IMG/VR virus record: IMGVR_UViG_3300027710_000011 | Location: 62,001 to 126,000 of that record | DNA: 64,000 nucleotides | Reading direction: 5' to 3' (one strand) | Shown: in pieces, positions 38,385 through 48,269 of the stretch | Position numbering within the stretch: position 1 is the first letter of the stretch | How the letters are laid out: each line of letters begins with the position of its first letter | The notes under the pieces: generated by a model | What the model saw: only the letters and a program-made list of their open reading frames with translations | Database searches by the model: none | Told to the model about the DNA's origin: nothing | Translations under genes and position numbers: made by a program

Positions 38385-38774
38385 TTAATTTTGCCTTTGC
38401 AAGAACTGAACAAGCGCTTGCTTGATCTTTTCAGACGGAGCGTAATTACTCAGTTCTCGCGTAGGTGCCCAAAGTTTGCGTGCTGTGACGTCAGCAAGCT
38501 TCATGATCTCATCCAACACTTCTTGCTTTTTATCGCCAAGAATCAAGCAACGAGCTTCGGCTTCTCGCTGCAGACTATCCAAGTAGAAGTAGGACGAAAT
38601 CTTCACTCCCCGGCGCTGTTCGGAAATATGCGCCAGGAAGTAAAGAAGCAGCGGCACCATCAACTGTATCGCAATCAACGTGACCTCGCTATTGCTAGCG
38701 GTTTGCGGCAATTTTCGTGCAGCATCACGAGCGATAGCGTAGTCGGTGGAGCTGAAGATATTTTTGTTGGACAT
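38385..38774 (-). CDS. Hypothetical protein
   Basis: ORF in array. Confidence 0.7.
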   Translation of the reverse strand: MSNKNIFSSTDYAIARDAARKLPQTASNSEVTLIAIQLMVPLLLYFLAHISEQRRGVKISSYFYLDSLQREAEARCLILGDKKQEVLDEIMKLADVTARKLWAPTRELSNYAPSEKIKQALVQFLQRQN

Positions 38775-38782
38775 CTTGCTGC

Positions 38783-39265
38783 TTAGGCGTAGTAGTTGCT
38801 GAGCTTCGAAGGTCGTTCAGAATTCACGCGCTCAACAAAGCAACTGACTGCTCTGTCCAATTGCCACAGTGGATAACTTTGAACGGTGTACAGCACTTCC
38901 CAGTAGACCTTTTCACGGCTTGCCGACATAAACAACGGCTCGGTACTTTTACGATGAATTTCTTCACCAAAAGCAACTTGCAACGTGTTCGGGATACCGT
39001 TGGTGTGGTACTGATCGTCAACGTAGCGCAGCGTCAAACACGTTTTGTTCTTGAAGAAGTACGCAAACCTGATCTTTGTCAAGTCTTGCGTAAAACCGAA
39101 TTCTTCAAGCCAATCGCTGATGCGCTTGACCGTGATCTCGTCTGGACGAATGTGAGTCAGCTGCAAGGTGTTTCCCTCACTTTGCACGTTAGCCTCACCT
39201 TCGTAGATCTCGATCCGCACCGTACCTGTCTTCACACCGGCGACTTCCGCATTCTTGACTGACAT
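38783..39265 (-). CDS. Hypothetical protein
   Basis: ORF in array with RBS. Confidence 0.7.
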   Translation of the reverse strand: MSVKNAEVAGVKTGTVRIEIYEGEANVQSEGNTLQLTHIRPDEITVKRISDWLEEFGFTQDLTKIRFAYFFKNKTCLTLRYVDDQYHTNGIPNTLQVAFGEEIHRKSTEPLFMSASREKVYWEVLYTVQSYPLWQLDRAVSCFVERVNSERPSKLSNYYA

Positions 39266-39275
39266 GACTGAACTC

Positions 39276-39623
39276 CTAATGAATGTTGACGATGTGCGGC
39301 GAGCGCCGCGCCATGGTCTTGCACGGGCTCATTTCCAGGATTTTGAGCTTGTGCATTGTGACACAAATGCGAACGAAGTCATCTTCGTCGCGCCAGTCCA
39401 AACCGTACAGTTTGAAGTGGAACATAATGGCCATACTGTTCTTGATATCTTTGGCCTTGGTGAAGTTTTCAGGAAAGAGCTTTCGAAGCTTCACCTCGTT
39501 AGAGATGATTGCTTCTTCCAGCTCTGTATCCGTCATATCAGCAACCAGCTTAGTCATGTCAGTGCATCCGAAGAGTTTCAGAACGACGCAGCTCACTTGC
39601 GGTGACAACAGGCTTCTCGACAA
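39276..39623 (-). CDS. Hypothetical protein (start uncertain)
   Basis: ORF in array. Confidence 0.6.
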   Translation of the reverse strand: MSRSLLSPQVSCVVLKLFGCTDMTKLVADMTDTELEEAIISNEVKLRKLFPENFTKAKDIKNSMAIMFHFKLYGLDWRDEDDFVRICVTMHKLKILEMSPCKTMARRSPHIVNIH

Positions 39624-39903
39624 GTTTCTTGTTCTTCTGCTTGTTGGGCAACTTGTCGTTCCACAATGTTTCCATCGTACCCTTAGCTGTGAGGCGGATG
39701 GTGCCGCACTGATAGCCGTTGATGCGCAGGGTGAATTCGATCAGGTCACCCACCGCGCCTTCTTCGACCAAGAACTCACTGCAACGACGAATTGCAGTTG
39801 CAATGCGAGCATAGCGACGAATCCACACCACAGTGCGGACTTTGCTGCGACCTTCGAAACGGTGCAGATGGGCTTCGATATTGAACTTTGCCATTTGGGT
39901 CAT
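39559..39903 (-). CDS. Hypothetical basic protein
   Basis: ORF with 4-nt overlap to the upstream gene. Confidence 0.65.
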   Translation of the reverse strand: MTQMAKFNIEAHLHRFEGRSKVRTVVWIRRYARIATAIRRCSEFLVEEGAVGDLIEFTLRINGYQCGTIRLTAKGTMETLWNDKLPNKQKNKKLVEKPVVTASELRRSETLRMH

Positions 39904-40154
39904 CCCTTTTGTTTGTTCATTTTCAACTGAACTTCATCGATTTGAGCACGCGTCAGAACCACAGCCATTTCGGGCGGCGGATCATAACTGGAAGCGATTT
40001 TGTCAGCCACTTCCTTGTCATCAATGAAGCACTTGCATGCGACCGCATGGTCGTAGTCCGTACCGTTTGGAATATGCCAGTACGAAATGGCGTAGGCTTG
40101 ACCCTGGTCATCCACGGTCCCGCCTGCCAGGAGGATTTCTTGCGTGATAGTCAC
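39900..40154 (-). CDS. Hypothetical protein
   Basis: ORF with RBS. Confidence 0.65.
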   Translation of the reverse strand: MTITQEILLAGGTVDDQGQAYAISYWHIPNGTDYDHAVACKCFIDDKEVADKIASSYDPPPEMAVVLTRAQIDEVQLKMNKQKG

Positions 40155-40188
40155 GACTGCTCCTAAGAGAAGTTATTGAACTGGGCGC

Positions 40189-40527
40189 TCATACCCCCAG
40201 AATAGCACGTTGCTTTTGCAGCCACGTGTTGCGAGAAACTTGCGATTCGTAAATGCACACGGCGTTGTTAGTGCATGCATTGTTGATTTGAGTTTCCCAC
40301 TGGATTTGATTTTCAACAAATCCTTTCATTTGCGCAGAGTCAGCACCCTTTGCAGAACGAATCTTACTAACGTGATTGCGCATCAAGTCGCTTTGCGCAT
40401 TGATGGCTTGTTGGTAGCACGTGTTCAGCGAACGCTGGTCACGATACTTGTTGCAATAGCTGTTGCCCGAAGCAAAAGCACTCATGGAGAGAACCATCAA
40501 AAAGATGGCAGTGATGATCTTGTTCAT
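40189..40527 (-). CDS. Secreted LprI/DUF1311-like protein
   Basis: Sec signal ending AFA; C...C, Q..W, C....C..R helical cysteine pattern. Confidence 0.65.
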   Translation of the reverse strand: MNKIITAIFLMVLSMSAFASGNSYCNKYRDQRSLNTCYQQAINAQSDLMRNHVSKIRSAKGADSAQMKGFVENQIQWETQINNACTNNAVCIYESQVSRNTWLQKQRAILGV

Positions 40528-40621
40528 GATTGATAACCCTTCAAAGATTTCGCGCCGGTCATATTGGCGTGCATGTTTGTTAACTCGTGCGTCAGAATGC
40601 GAGTAAAAGGCAGTAACGCCT

Positions 40622-40918
40622 CTATTCAGTTGGTTTGTACAAATGGTCTTCTTTGAAAACCATCAGCTCCAGAAGTGTGGAGTACACGACAACGTCGACT
40701 TGCTTGTCATTGCGTTCGTTGTACTTCTTGACCAATTTGACATACGTCGAAGGAGCAAGTGTCGGGTCACTGAGTTGGCAGTACACGGCAGTCGTCAGCT
40801 CACTCTTTTGGGAGTACAAGAAATCACTGAAACCGACTTGCACGTCCATCATCTTACCAACGATGACGTTGGAGATGACAGTTGCTTTTTCGGCCAGTTT
40901 GCTGTGTGTGATAGACAT
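40622..40918 (-). CDS. Hypothetical protein
   Basis: ORF, start at MSITH after RBS GGAG. Confidence 0.65.
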   Translation of the reverse strand: MSITHSKLAEKATVISNVIVGKMMDVQVGFSDFLYSQKSELTTAVYCQLSDPTLAPSTYVKLVKKYNERNDKQVDVVVYSTLLELMVFKEDHLYKPTE

Positions 40919-41010
40919 TGAATTTCTCCGAAGATAATAAGTTAGTGATAGGTAAATCTGCAAAAACAAACTTACCTATCACCCACTTAAGTGGGTGATA
41001 GGGTTGATTC

Positions 41011-41472
41011 TTACTTGGGAGCGGCCAAGTTGTAGGCGTTTTCCCACATCTCGCCGCGTGCTTTGTACGCATTGAGTTTTTCTTGAACGGCGTTACCGCG
41101 TTCCCAGACTTTGAGATCGTCCGAATAGCCGTAATGCCAGTCATGGCCGGCGAGCATGGTCAAGAAGTCGAGGAACTCGGGATCCAGGGAATCCAAGTAC
41201 TTGTCAATCAACTTGTCCGTACGTGTTGGCTCCAACAGCCGGTCAGCGTGCTGGCGACCGCGTTCCATGAGAACTTGCATATAGGTGTCACCACCCGCCC
41301 ACGCAATGGGGAACAAAAAGTTGGCTTCGTAATCTTGCGCTCGGACGTAGCGCTCCATATCGCGAGGTTCCAAAGGTTCTTTGAAGTTCGCGATCTCGTA
41401 ACTGAAGTGATGACTGCGTACGTGACTGCGGAAATCATCCAGGGACATCAGTTCGTTTTGCTTGTAGCGCAT
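41011..41472 (-). CDS. Hypothetical phage protein
   Basis: C-terminal MLAGHDWHYGYSDD..VWERG motif; start MRYKQ after GGAGG. Confidence 0.7.
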   Translation of the reverse strand: MRYKQNELMSLDDFRSHVRSHHFSYEIANFKEPLEPRDMERYVRAQDYEANFLFPIAWAGGDTYMQVLMERGRQHADRLLEPTRTDKLIDKYLDSLDPEFLDFLTMLAGHDWHYGYSDDLKVWERGNAVQEKLNAYKARGEMWENAYNLAAPK

Positions 41473-41531
41473 GCTACCTCCTGATATTCTCCGCACCTAC
41501 ATAGGTACGGAGGCTCGTGTAAAAATGGTTG

Positions 41532-41879
41532 TTAGATGACGGTGAAGTTGGCGACAGCGTCTTCAGCCTTCTTCACGTCTTCCTTGGCGCTATCCAGGCC
41601 TTCCATCATGCAATCCAAACGCATTTTTGCCAAGGCAAGGTTGGCGAACTCGCCTCGGGCCAAAGCTTCTTGAACCTTTTCCACACCGCCGTTGGCTTGG
41701 ACGAAATTGTGGATGTTGGCTTCGAGAGTACGGACGGCGGCATCGACATTTTCCAAAACGACCTTGCCGCGCTGAAGAAGGATAATTGCTTCGCCGAACT
41801 TATCGGCTTGTTCCGTAGCCTTGGCTTGAAGACCCTGGCGCAGAGTTTCCACATTCAGTTTGTTGGCTGCTGTGTTCAT
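41532..41879 (-). CDS. Coiled-coil hypothetical protein
   Basis: Helical heptad pattern. Confidence 0.7.
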   Translation of the reverse strand: MNTAANKLNVETLRQGLQAKATEQADKFGEAIILLQRGKVVLENVDAAVRTLEANIHNFVQANGGVEKVQEALARGEFANLALAKMRLDCMMEGLDSAKEDVKKAEDAVANFTVI

Positions 41880-41929
41880 GATTTGTTTTTCCTAAAAAAG
41901 AAGTTAATGGGATTCGCTCTGACATGATG

Positions 41930-42334
41930 TCAGTACTTGCGACGAAACTTGGGTTTGGGTTGAAAGACGTTGTCGGTGTTCCAGGCCACAACTGGTGTGG
42001 AAGGGATATCAATATCCTTCATGAGATGGATGATGACTTTACCATTGCTGTAAATAAAAGCGGGCTCGGTCTTCATCTCATAAAGTGCAATATCTTCGGC
42101 TGTCTCAGCATAGATGCAAATCAGCACCATTAAACCAGCCGACTCGTCATTAATGTAGAAAAACCAACACTTACCCTCGCTGTTCTCGGTCTTGCCCACA
42201 TGGTTGACAGAGTTCAAGTAATCACGTGAACCCGACGCAGTGATGATCAAGGCGATCTGCTCATCGTTCAACGGCTTATGCACCGTCACGTTTTTGAGAT
42301 GGCCCTTTTCGTTGTAGAGAACTTGGATTTTCAT
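41930..42334 (-). CDS. Hypothetical protein
   Basis: Start set at MKIQV just after the upstream stop. Confidence 0.6.
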   Translation of the reverse strand: MKIQVLYNEKGHLKNVTVHKPLNDEQIALIITASGSRDYLNSVNHVGKTENSEGKCWFFYINDESAGLMVLICIYAETAEDIALYEMKTEPAFIYSNGKVIIHLMKDIDIPSTPVVAWNTDNVFQPKPKFRRKY

Positions 42335-42338
42335 GATT

Positions 42339-42689
42339 TCAAAGGCTGTCGCCGAAGAGTTTGTACACCTGCGGCGCAATATCAGGGAAACCACCAACGG
42401 CCTTGGCCAAATCAACCACATCAGTCTCACTGAGGTTGAAACGTTGCCCAAGTTTTTGGTGACGAAACGCATCAATACGTTTTTGCAAAGTTTGCAAATA
42501 CATGTTGGTCGCACGCGGGATAGGCGAGCCATCTTCGTTATCGATACGAATGCCGTTGCTGTCAATAACAACAAACGCGCAGTCCTGATCGTGAGCCGGG
42601 TTGTTCCACAGCTGAACAAATGCGCCGGTGACATGGTCAACACCAAAAGCGATCGTGCACACTTGACCTACGATTTCTTTACGAGACAT
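42339..42689 (-). CDS. Hypothetical protein
   Basis: ORF with RBS. Confidence 0.7.
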   Translation of the reverse strand: MSRKEIVGQVCTIAFGVDHVTGAFVQLWNNPAHDQDCAFVVIDSNGIRIDNEDGSPIPRATNMYLQTLQKRIDAFRHQKLGQRFNLSETDVVDLAKAVGGFPDIAPQVYKLFGDSL

Positions 42690-42740
42690 GGTAGTACTCC
42701 GAAACTTTAAGGGCGAGGTTGGTTGACCTCGCCCTGTGTG

Positions 42741-43136
42741 TTAGACGCGCTGGATATCAGCCACGCCATTCGTGAACGTGATCAGTTGTGAGAACTTACC
42801 CAGGTCAAATCCGGGGATGGCGGACTCCTGATTGTTCCAGGCACGAAGACGCTCGATCAACTCGTTACCGTCGTAGTCGACAGTACCGCCAATCGACCAA
42901 CGGCTGAGTTCCACTTGACCATCGTCGGTCACGTAGTACGGGTTGATACAACACACCGTATCTTCATTGACCGTCACGAGTTTTTCACCCACGTGGTTAT
43001 TGAAGACTGCGGCATGAGTGATCGTCTTAATCTTACCGTTATGACCGTCAATGTACTTGCCCTGATTTTGTTCCAGCACATGCAGGACATTGATAACAGA
43101 AGCGGACAGGGCGGGAGTTTGTGTGGAAACGTTCAT
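42741..43136 (-). CDS. Hypothetical protein
   Basis: ORF, start MNVST after AAGGAA. Confidence 0.7.
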   Translation of the reverse strand: MNVSTQTPALSASVINVLHVLEQNQGKYIDGHNGKIKTITHAAVFNNHVGEKLVTVNEDTVCCINPYYVTDDGQVELSRWSIGGTVDYDGNELIERLRAWNNQESAIPGFDLGKFSQLITFTNGVADIQRV

Positions 43137-43186
43137 GATGTTCCTTGTGAGGTAATAAAAGGAGGGCACATGCCCTCCTCCCTTTT

Positions 43187-43513
43187 TCAGATCCTGTCTT
43201 CTAACAGGAACTGTCGGATTTCATTACGAAGCGTTTTACTATAACGCAATTCGTAATCATCCGACCACCAGTTTTGTTTGGAGCTGAAAACCTCAACACC
43301 GTCGTACAAGACAACAGTGTTGCGACTCTCTTCTCCGCCATAACCGACGGTCTCCACTTGCACCAGCTCAGGGTTGAGATTTGTTCTCAACCACCAAACA
43401 GTGGTGTAAATGAAGTCTTCAACGATATTCCATTTCATGTCACTACGAAGATGATAGACGTCATCTTCGGAGAAAGAAATGGTGGAACCGTTGTTTTTCG
43501 CTACGTTGGACAT
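43187..43513 (-). CDS. Hypothetical protein
   Basis: Start MSNVAK after AGGAG. Confidence 0.7.
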   Translation of the reverse strand: MSNVAKNNGSTISFSEDDVYHLRSDMKWNIVEDFIYTTVWWLRTNLNPELVQVETVGYGGEESRNTVVLYDGVEVFSSKQNWWSDDYELRYSKTLRNEIRQFLLEDRI

Positions 43514-43616
43514 GATGTCTCCTAGTAGCGGACAGCAACTGATCAACACGATCAGTGACCCCGCTCATCCTCTTTTGATCCAGCTGGGTCGCGCTGGAGA
43601 GGTTTAACAGCCCTGG

Positions 43617-43832
43617 TTAGGGCTGAGTATCTTGGGAAGCAGCTTGCGCAGCCTCCCGTTCTTCTTCGTCGTAGTTGTCTTGCATCTCCTTCTCGAAGAT
43701 CTTGGCGTGCTTACGAGCGCATGCTCCGCACATCAGGTAACGATTACCGTCACTGCTGTCAAGCGCTTGACGCAAGTCGTCAACCGGAACTTCTTTCTCA
43801 CAGTTCTCGCAGAGGTCAGTATCGACTATCAT
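43617..43832 (-). CDS. Small Zn-ribbon protein
   Basis: CENC ... CGAC. Confidence 0.65.
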   Translation of the reverse strand: MIVDTDLCENCEKEVPVDDLRQALDSSDGNRYLMCGACARKHAKIFEKEMQDNYDEEEREAAQAASQDTQP

Positions 43833-43847
43833 TTCAATGGCTCCTTA

Positions 43848-44114
43848 TTAAGCTGCCTTTGTTTCCAACAAGTTCTTCAAGCGAACGGTCATTTCAATGT
43901 TCCATTCACCGTCGATAATGCATTGCTTTGTAGCTTGCAAAAGAGCACAGCCATCCAAGTAGATGACGACCATGCTGTCTTTCACAACCAGTTGTACTGC
44001 GTCAACGCGCAACTTAGAGATACGTTGAATGTGACGCAGACGAGCAAACGTACGACCAATGAAGGACATAGCGATCTTGCTTTGTGCCTTCAGTGTCTTA
44101 TAAACTTTGTTCAC
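43848..44114 (-). CDS. Hypothetical protein
   Basis: ORF with RBS AGGAG. Confidence 0.65.
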   Translation of the reverse strand: MNKVYKTLKAQSKIAMSFIGRTFARLRHIQRISKLRVDAVQLVVKDSMVVIYLDGCALLQATKQCIIDGEWNIEMTVRLKNLLETKAA

Positions 44115-44205
44115 TTAAAACTCCTTAATTAGTTGAGTTCAAGAGTGATAGCCATACCTACAAAAGCAAGTATGGCTATCGCCCCAGAGGACGATAGTGG
44201 TTGCG

Positions 44206-44628
44206 TTAGTGATAACGCTTGTTGCCCCAGCGCTTGGAGCGAGCCAGACGAACGACTTCCTTAGAAGCCGTAGACACGTCGCGCATCATTTGCGCAAACA
44301 TGTCTTCTGGTTCGTCTGTTTCCAGGTATTTGCGCAGATGAGCCTCACCCTTAGCAGTGATGACATCTACGACAAACACGCGTTGGATGTGTGCCAGGCG
44401 CGCTTTGATCAAGTACTCCAGCTCGGGTGCCAGAGCAGTCTTGGAGGCTTGAGCAATGAACTCAGCCTTGGCCAGGAACTTGATCGCATCTTCGAGAGCA
44501 GCTGGCTTGGATGCCAGATACGTCTTGAATTCGTCGTTCTCGACGTCGCGAATGACACTCTTGGCTGCGCCAGGAATGTGTTTGGATGCCTTCTTATCGA
44601 AAGCTGCAAGCAAAACGGTGGCGTCCAT
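44206..44628 (-). CDS. Hypothetical protein
   Basis: 140-aa helical ORF. Confidence 0.7.
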   Translation of the reverse strand: MDATVLLAAFDKKASKHIPGAAKSVIRDVENDEFKTYLASKPAALEDAIKFLAKAEFIAQASKTALAPELEYLIKARLAHIQRVFVVDVITAKGEAHLRKYLETDEPEDMFAQMMRDVSTASKEVVRLARSKRWGNKRYH

Positions 44629-44931
44629 GTGGGACCCTTTCTTCGTTGGTGGATGGAATTGAAAAGCCCGAAGATCTTCGGGCTACGAATTTACAAAACG
44701 AGGAACGAATTGGAATCGTACGCTGTTGTGTATTGACTCACAGGGACAAAACGGTAGTTAACATTTTGTCCCTTGCGTTCTTTACGCTTCTCAGGATCAT
44801 TCTCAGGTATGAGAAAATGACGGGACTCCTGACCAATCACAACCACCAAGTCTTCAGACTCGTCTTTAGCTTTGCCGTAGCTCATGCTACCTCCCAAGTA
44901 ACCTGTACCCACATGAGTACAGAGTTGAAAA

Positions 44932-45315
44932 TCAGAACATCTTTGCAGGCTGAATTGCGTCACGCAGTTCTTCGGTCACTTCCACAGACCAAGAGGTGTC
45001 GTTGAAGAAGTCGCGCTTGGCCTTCACCAGTTTGCGATGACCAACCACGAGCTCGATCTCGCCTTGGATACTGGTTTCCATTTTGAACTTGCTCGGGTCA
45101 GAGCTGTTGGCCTTGATGAAAGTGGCCAGCTTGCTCAGCAAGTCCAGAGTGGTGACGGTGTCAATTGCAGTTTCGATCTTGATCATTTTGGTGACTTTCG
45201 TAGTTGTGGAAGTGAAATTTACATCATGAGTCTTCTTGGCAGAACTGCCGATGGCGCACAGGGCAGCCAAGAAGAACAAACCCAGGGCGCTTGAGGGTGC
45301 AGATTTTTCAGTCAT
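44932..45315 (-). CDS. Hypothetical protein with N-terminal hydrophobic segment
   Basis: ORF with RBS. Confidence 0.65.
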   Translation of the reverse strand: MTEKSAPSSALGLFFLAALCAIGSSAKKTHDVNFTSTTTKVTKMIKIETAIDTVTTLDLLSKLATFIKANSSDPSKFKMETSIQGEIELVVGHRKLVKAKRDFFNDTSWSVEVTEELRDAIQPAKMF

Positions 45316-45889
45316 TTGTTTTCTCCAATTAAAAGATGATTATTAAGTTCGATACTACCTTAACTCATGCTAGGTATATGTGTCTGAAATATTCTAGGAT
45401 ACAGTTTTTGACCAAAAAAAGACATCATAATCAGGGGAGCCAAAGCTCCCCTGATTTTAAGACTATACGGATGAACCACTCCGTATTTGACGACGATCAT
45501 GCCACCAATAGCAAGGGATCGCTACTGCGAACATGATGCAGAACGTCAGCACACTTAGTACTGCAATTGCGAACGCGCCCAATACCACCAGTGTCGTAGA
45601 TAACACTTTAGTGGCGAGCTTGTTTAACTTTTTCACCTTATGTCTCCCTTAAGGCTAGATTGTTTTACAGGAGGATTTATCCTCCATACGCATTACTGCC
45701 TTACTTCTCGCCGGTAGCTTCTTTGATCAGTTGCTGGAATTGTTCCAGCTTCTTTTTATTTTGCATCCTGAGCCGCAGCGTTTGTTTGTGATCGCGTAAT
45801 GAAACCACAACAATTGCGAAGATAGGAGCCAACGCAATTGTCCAGACGAGCAACGCCATTAAGTCAGACATACCCTCCCCCTATTTGTC

Positions 45890-46150
45890 TTAAGGTTGCT
45901 CAGCGGCAATATCTTCACGACCAATGATGACACCTTGATCATTGATGGAAGTGGGTTCGAACTGGAAACTACCGCCTTGGCCTTGCGAATTGCCAACACG
46001 GAACATGCCTTGCACATCGAACTCATCGCGCTTCAAGCCAGGAGTCATTCTCGTATAAGAGATGTTTCCCTCAAACGAGTCATTATTCTCGATGCTCTTA
46101 CGAATGTCACCAAGAACATTCATAAGGTTTTCTTTTGTCAGAATTGCCAT
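45890..46150 (-). CDS. Hypothetical phage protein
   Basis: Start MAILT; SFEGNISY..., GQGG motif. Confidence 0.65.
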   Translation of the reverse strand: MAILTKENLMNVLGDIRKSIENNDSFEGNISYTRMTPGLKRDEFDVQGMFRVGNSQGQGGSFQFEPTSINDQGVIIGREDIAAEQP

Positions 46151-46155
46151 TTTGT

Positions 46156-46602
46156 TTATCCTTGTTTTTTGATACTGATCTTTACGCACTCGACGTGAAA
46201 GCCATCAATCAGTTCGTAGTAGTAATCTACCAGTACAAGGCGCTTGTTAACGCGAACCTTGTACTGGCAGCAAACGTCTTTGTTTGGCCGAACTGTAATT
46301 GCGCCGTTCAAGCCATAGATCAGTTCGTTAAACAAGGCTTGCTGTTTTTCATCCGTGTAAAGGATGCCGATATTAGGCGCGGAATACCTAACATCAAATG
46401 GCAAGAGCTTAGCAAACTCACCGCATTTCAGCAGCGGATCAATCGATTCTGGGTTCGACTTGAGATCCGCATAGCGAAACACCCAAGAGACCGTGCTGGG
46501 CTGCATGTTGGATTGGTTAACCCATTCCACCATTCGGTGCAGAGCCACAACAATGTCGCTTGCTTCTTTATAGAGCAGTTTGTATTTCCGCAGGTCGAGC
46601 AT
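46156..46602 (-). CDS. Hypothetical protein
   Basis: Start set at MLDLR. Confidence 0.6.
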   Translation of the reverse strand: MLDLRKYKLLYKEASDIVVALHRMVEWVNQSNMQPSTVSWVFRYADLKSNPESIDPLLKCGEFAKLLPFDVRYSAPNIGILYTDEKQQALFNELIYGLNGAITVRPNKDVCCQYKVRVNKRLVLVDYYYELIDGFHVECVKISIKKQG

Positions 46603-46604
46603 GG

Positions 46605-46955
46605 TTAGTAGCTGAACTTCACGAATTCGGGGTTGATGACACGGCGGATTTGGTATTCGGCCTGGACGTTCCACGCATCAGTACCGTTGGGCTTGCGAGC
46701 GATCAGCAAGACGTCGGTGTTGTGCTTGATGCGCAGCTCTTGAGCGGCCATTTCCAAGCGAATAGCACCGGGATTGTCCACACCCAATTGCAGCATCTGG
46801 AAGACGCGTGAGATCAGAGTGAAAGATTCGACTGTGGACAGATTGAAGCCCAAAGGCTCCAGCTGCAACGAACGAACGTTGTCCTTGAGCAGTTCGCTGG
46901 GGGCAGTGATTTGGTTTTCTGGAGTAGACATAGTCTGCCTTTTATTGCTTACCAT
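46605..46955 (-). CDS. Hypothetical protein
   Basis: ORF in array. Confidence 0.65.
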   Translation of the reverse strand: MVSNKRQTMSTPENQITAPSELLKDNVRSLQLEPLGFNLSTVESFTLISRVFQMLQLGVDNPGAIRLEMAAQELRIKHNTDVLLIARKPNGTDAWNVQAEYQIRRVINPEFVKFSY

Positions 46956-47023
46956 AAAGGTACTTGGTTGGTTGATTTGTCGCTATCAGTATCTAAGCAT
47001 ACTGTTGAGAGTATGCGTAAAAA

Positions 47024-47221
47024 CTAATTGCCTTTGAATGCGTTTTGTGTAACCATACCCAGACGAAGTTTGGTCGCGCGCACAACGTAGTCTTTATATT
47101 GACTATTCTTGTTCTTGAAACGACGCAGAGCTTCTGCTCTGACTTCTATCAATACTTGCTCTACCTCGGTCTCAGATTTACTGGACTGTCTGGCAAGCTT
47201 CATAATTGTTTCACTCGTCAT
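47024..47221 (-). CDS. Small hypothetical protein
   Basis: ORF with RBS GAGG. Confidence 0.65.
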   Translation of the reverse strand: MTSETIMKLARQSSKSETEVEQVLIEVRAEALRRFKNKNSQYKDYVVRATKLRLGMVTQNAFKGN

Positions 47222-47269
47222 AAGTCCTCTCTAAAACGTTGTTAGTTGTAAGTTCCTACCGTCTTCTTT

Positions 47270-47599
47270 TTAGTTCAGACTGTTAGGGTTGATAAAAGGT
47301 TTCGTCGTAAAGTCTTTAACCATGTCATCCATGTTGAGTTTACCGAGCTCAACACGAATGGCGTCAATGTGACCCTTTGCTTCGTCCGACAGCGTAACCT
47401 TCATGGCTTTCGCATCGACGTCGACAGCGCAGCTGGACAGTAAAAGTATTGCTTGTTTCGTTAATGGAATGGTGCCTTTGAGAAGACCTGTCACTTGGTC
47501 CTGAGTAAGGACCGGAAGTAGGAGACGATCAACGATGGTCGGCACAGGAATGTCTTTGAGTAAAGCATTCAGGTGTTCAAGAACAATATTTGCACGCAT
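47270..47599 (-). CDS. Hypothetical protein
   Basis: ORF with RBS. Confidence 0.65.
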   Translation of the reverse strand: MRANIVLEHLNALLKDIPVPTIVDRLLLPVLTQDQVTGLLKGTIPLTKQAILLLSSCAVDVDAKAMKVTLSDEAKGHIDAIRVELGKLNMDDMVKDFTTKPFINPNSLN

Positions 47600-47631
47600 A
47601 ACGAATTCCTTTTTAGATGATTACGTACTCT

Positions 47632-47817
47632 TCACGCAATTTTACTTGCGTCAATGCGCTTGAGAAGCTCAGCCTCGCGTTGCTGAGTTTCTTTGTGTTG
47701 AGCAGCAGCTTCTTTATCCTTGCCTTCGGCAAGAAGTTTGTGCAGCTGACTGCCAGACATTGCGTGCGTTCCTTGGTAGAAGAACGCATTGCGGAACAAC
47801 TCTGACTTGGTAGCCAT
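47632..47817 (-). CDS. Small hypothetical protein
   Basis: ORF with RBS GAGG. Confidence 0.6.
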   Translation of the reverse strand: MATKSELFRNAFFYQGTHAMSGSQLHKLLAEGKDKEAAAQHKETQQREAELLKRIDASKIA

Positions 47818-47831
47818 TTTTTCCTCTCTAG

Positions 47832-48269
47832 TTAACCACGACCTCGTTTATTAGGTGAGCGGTAATCTTGGCATTCAAAATTACCACTCACGATGTCTTC
47901 AAAGAACGGGCCGAGCGTGAGTTCGATAAACATCATCTCATCACCGTTGGGATGGTGAAGCTTGAATTTATCACGAAGCTTTCCATAGGCATGTTCGTCA
48001 TTACCGGCAAGTAAGGCATGAAAGGCATCTAGTGCTTTCTCATGCGAAACACCTTCGGCAATAACGACATTCTCGATGCACAAATCAACACATGCGGCAT
48101 GCACACGGATCTTGGATCGACGCGTGTTGTCCATAGTTGATTGCTTCGTTTTCATAAAGTCAATCAACTTATCTGGACCAACGCGCTTGTGCTTGTAGAG
48201 CTTCAAGCGCACGTATAGCGGAAAGACTTTTTTGATGCTAGGTAATTCTGACATCTCACTTCCCTTCAA
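47832..48269 (-). CDS. Hypothetical protein
   Basis: ORF in array. Confidence 0.65.
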   Translation of the reverse strand: MKGSEMSELPSIKKVFPLYVRLKLYKHKRVGPDKLIDFMKTKQSTMDNTRRSKIRVHAACVDLCIENVVIAEGVSHEKALDAFHALLAGNDEHAYGKLRDKFKLHHPNGDEMMFIELTLGPFFEDIVSGNFECQDYRSPNKRGRG

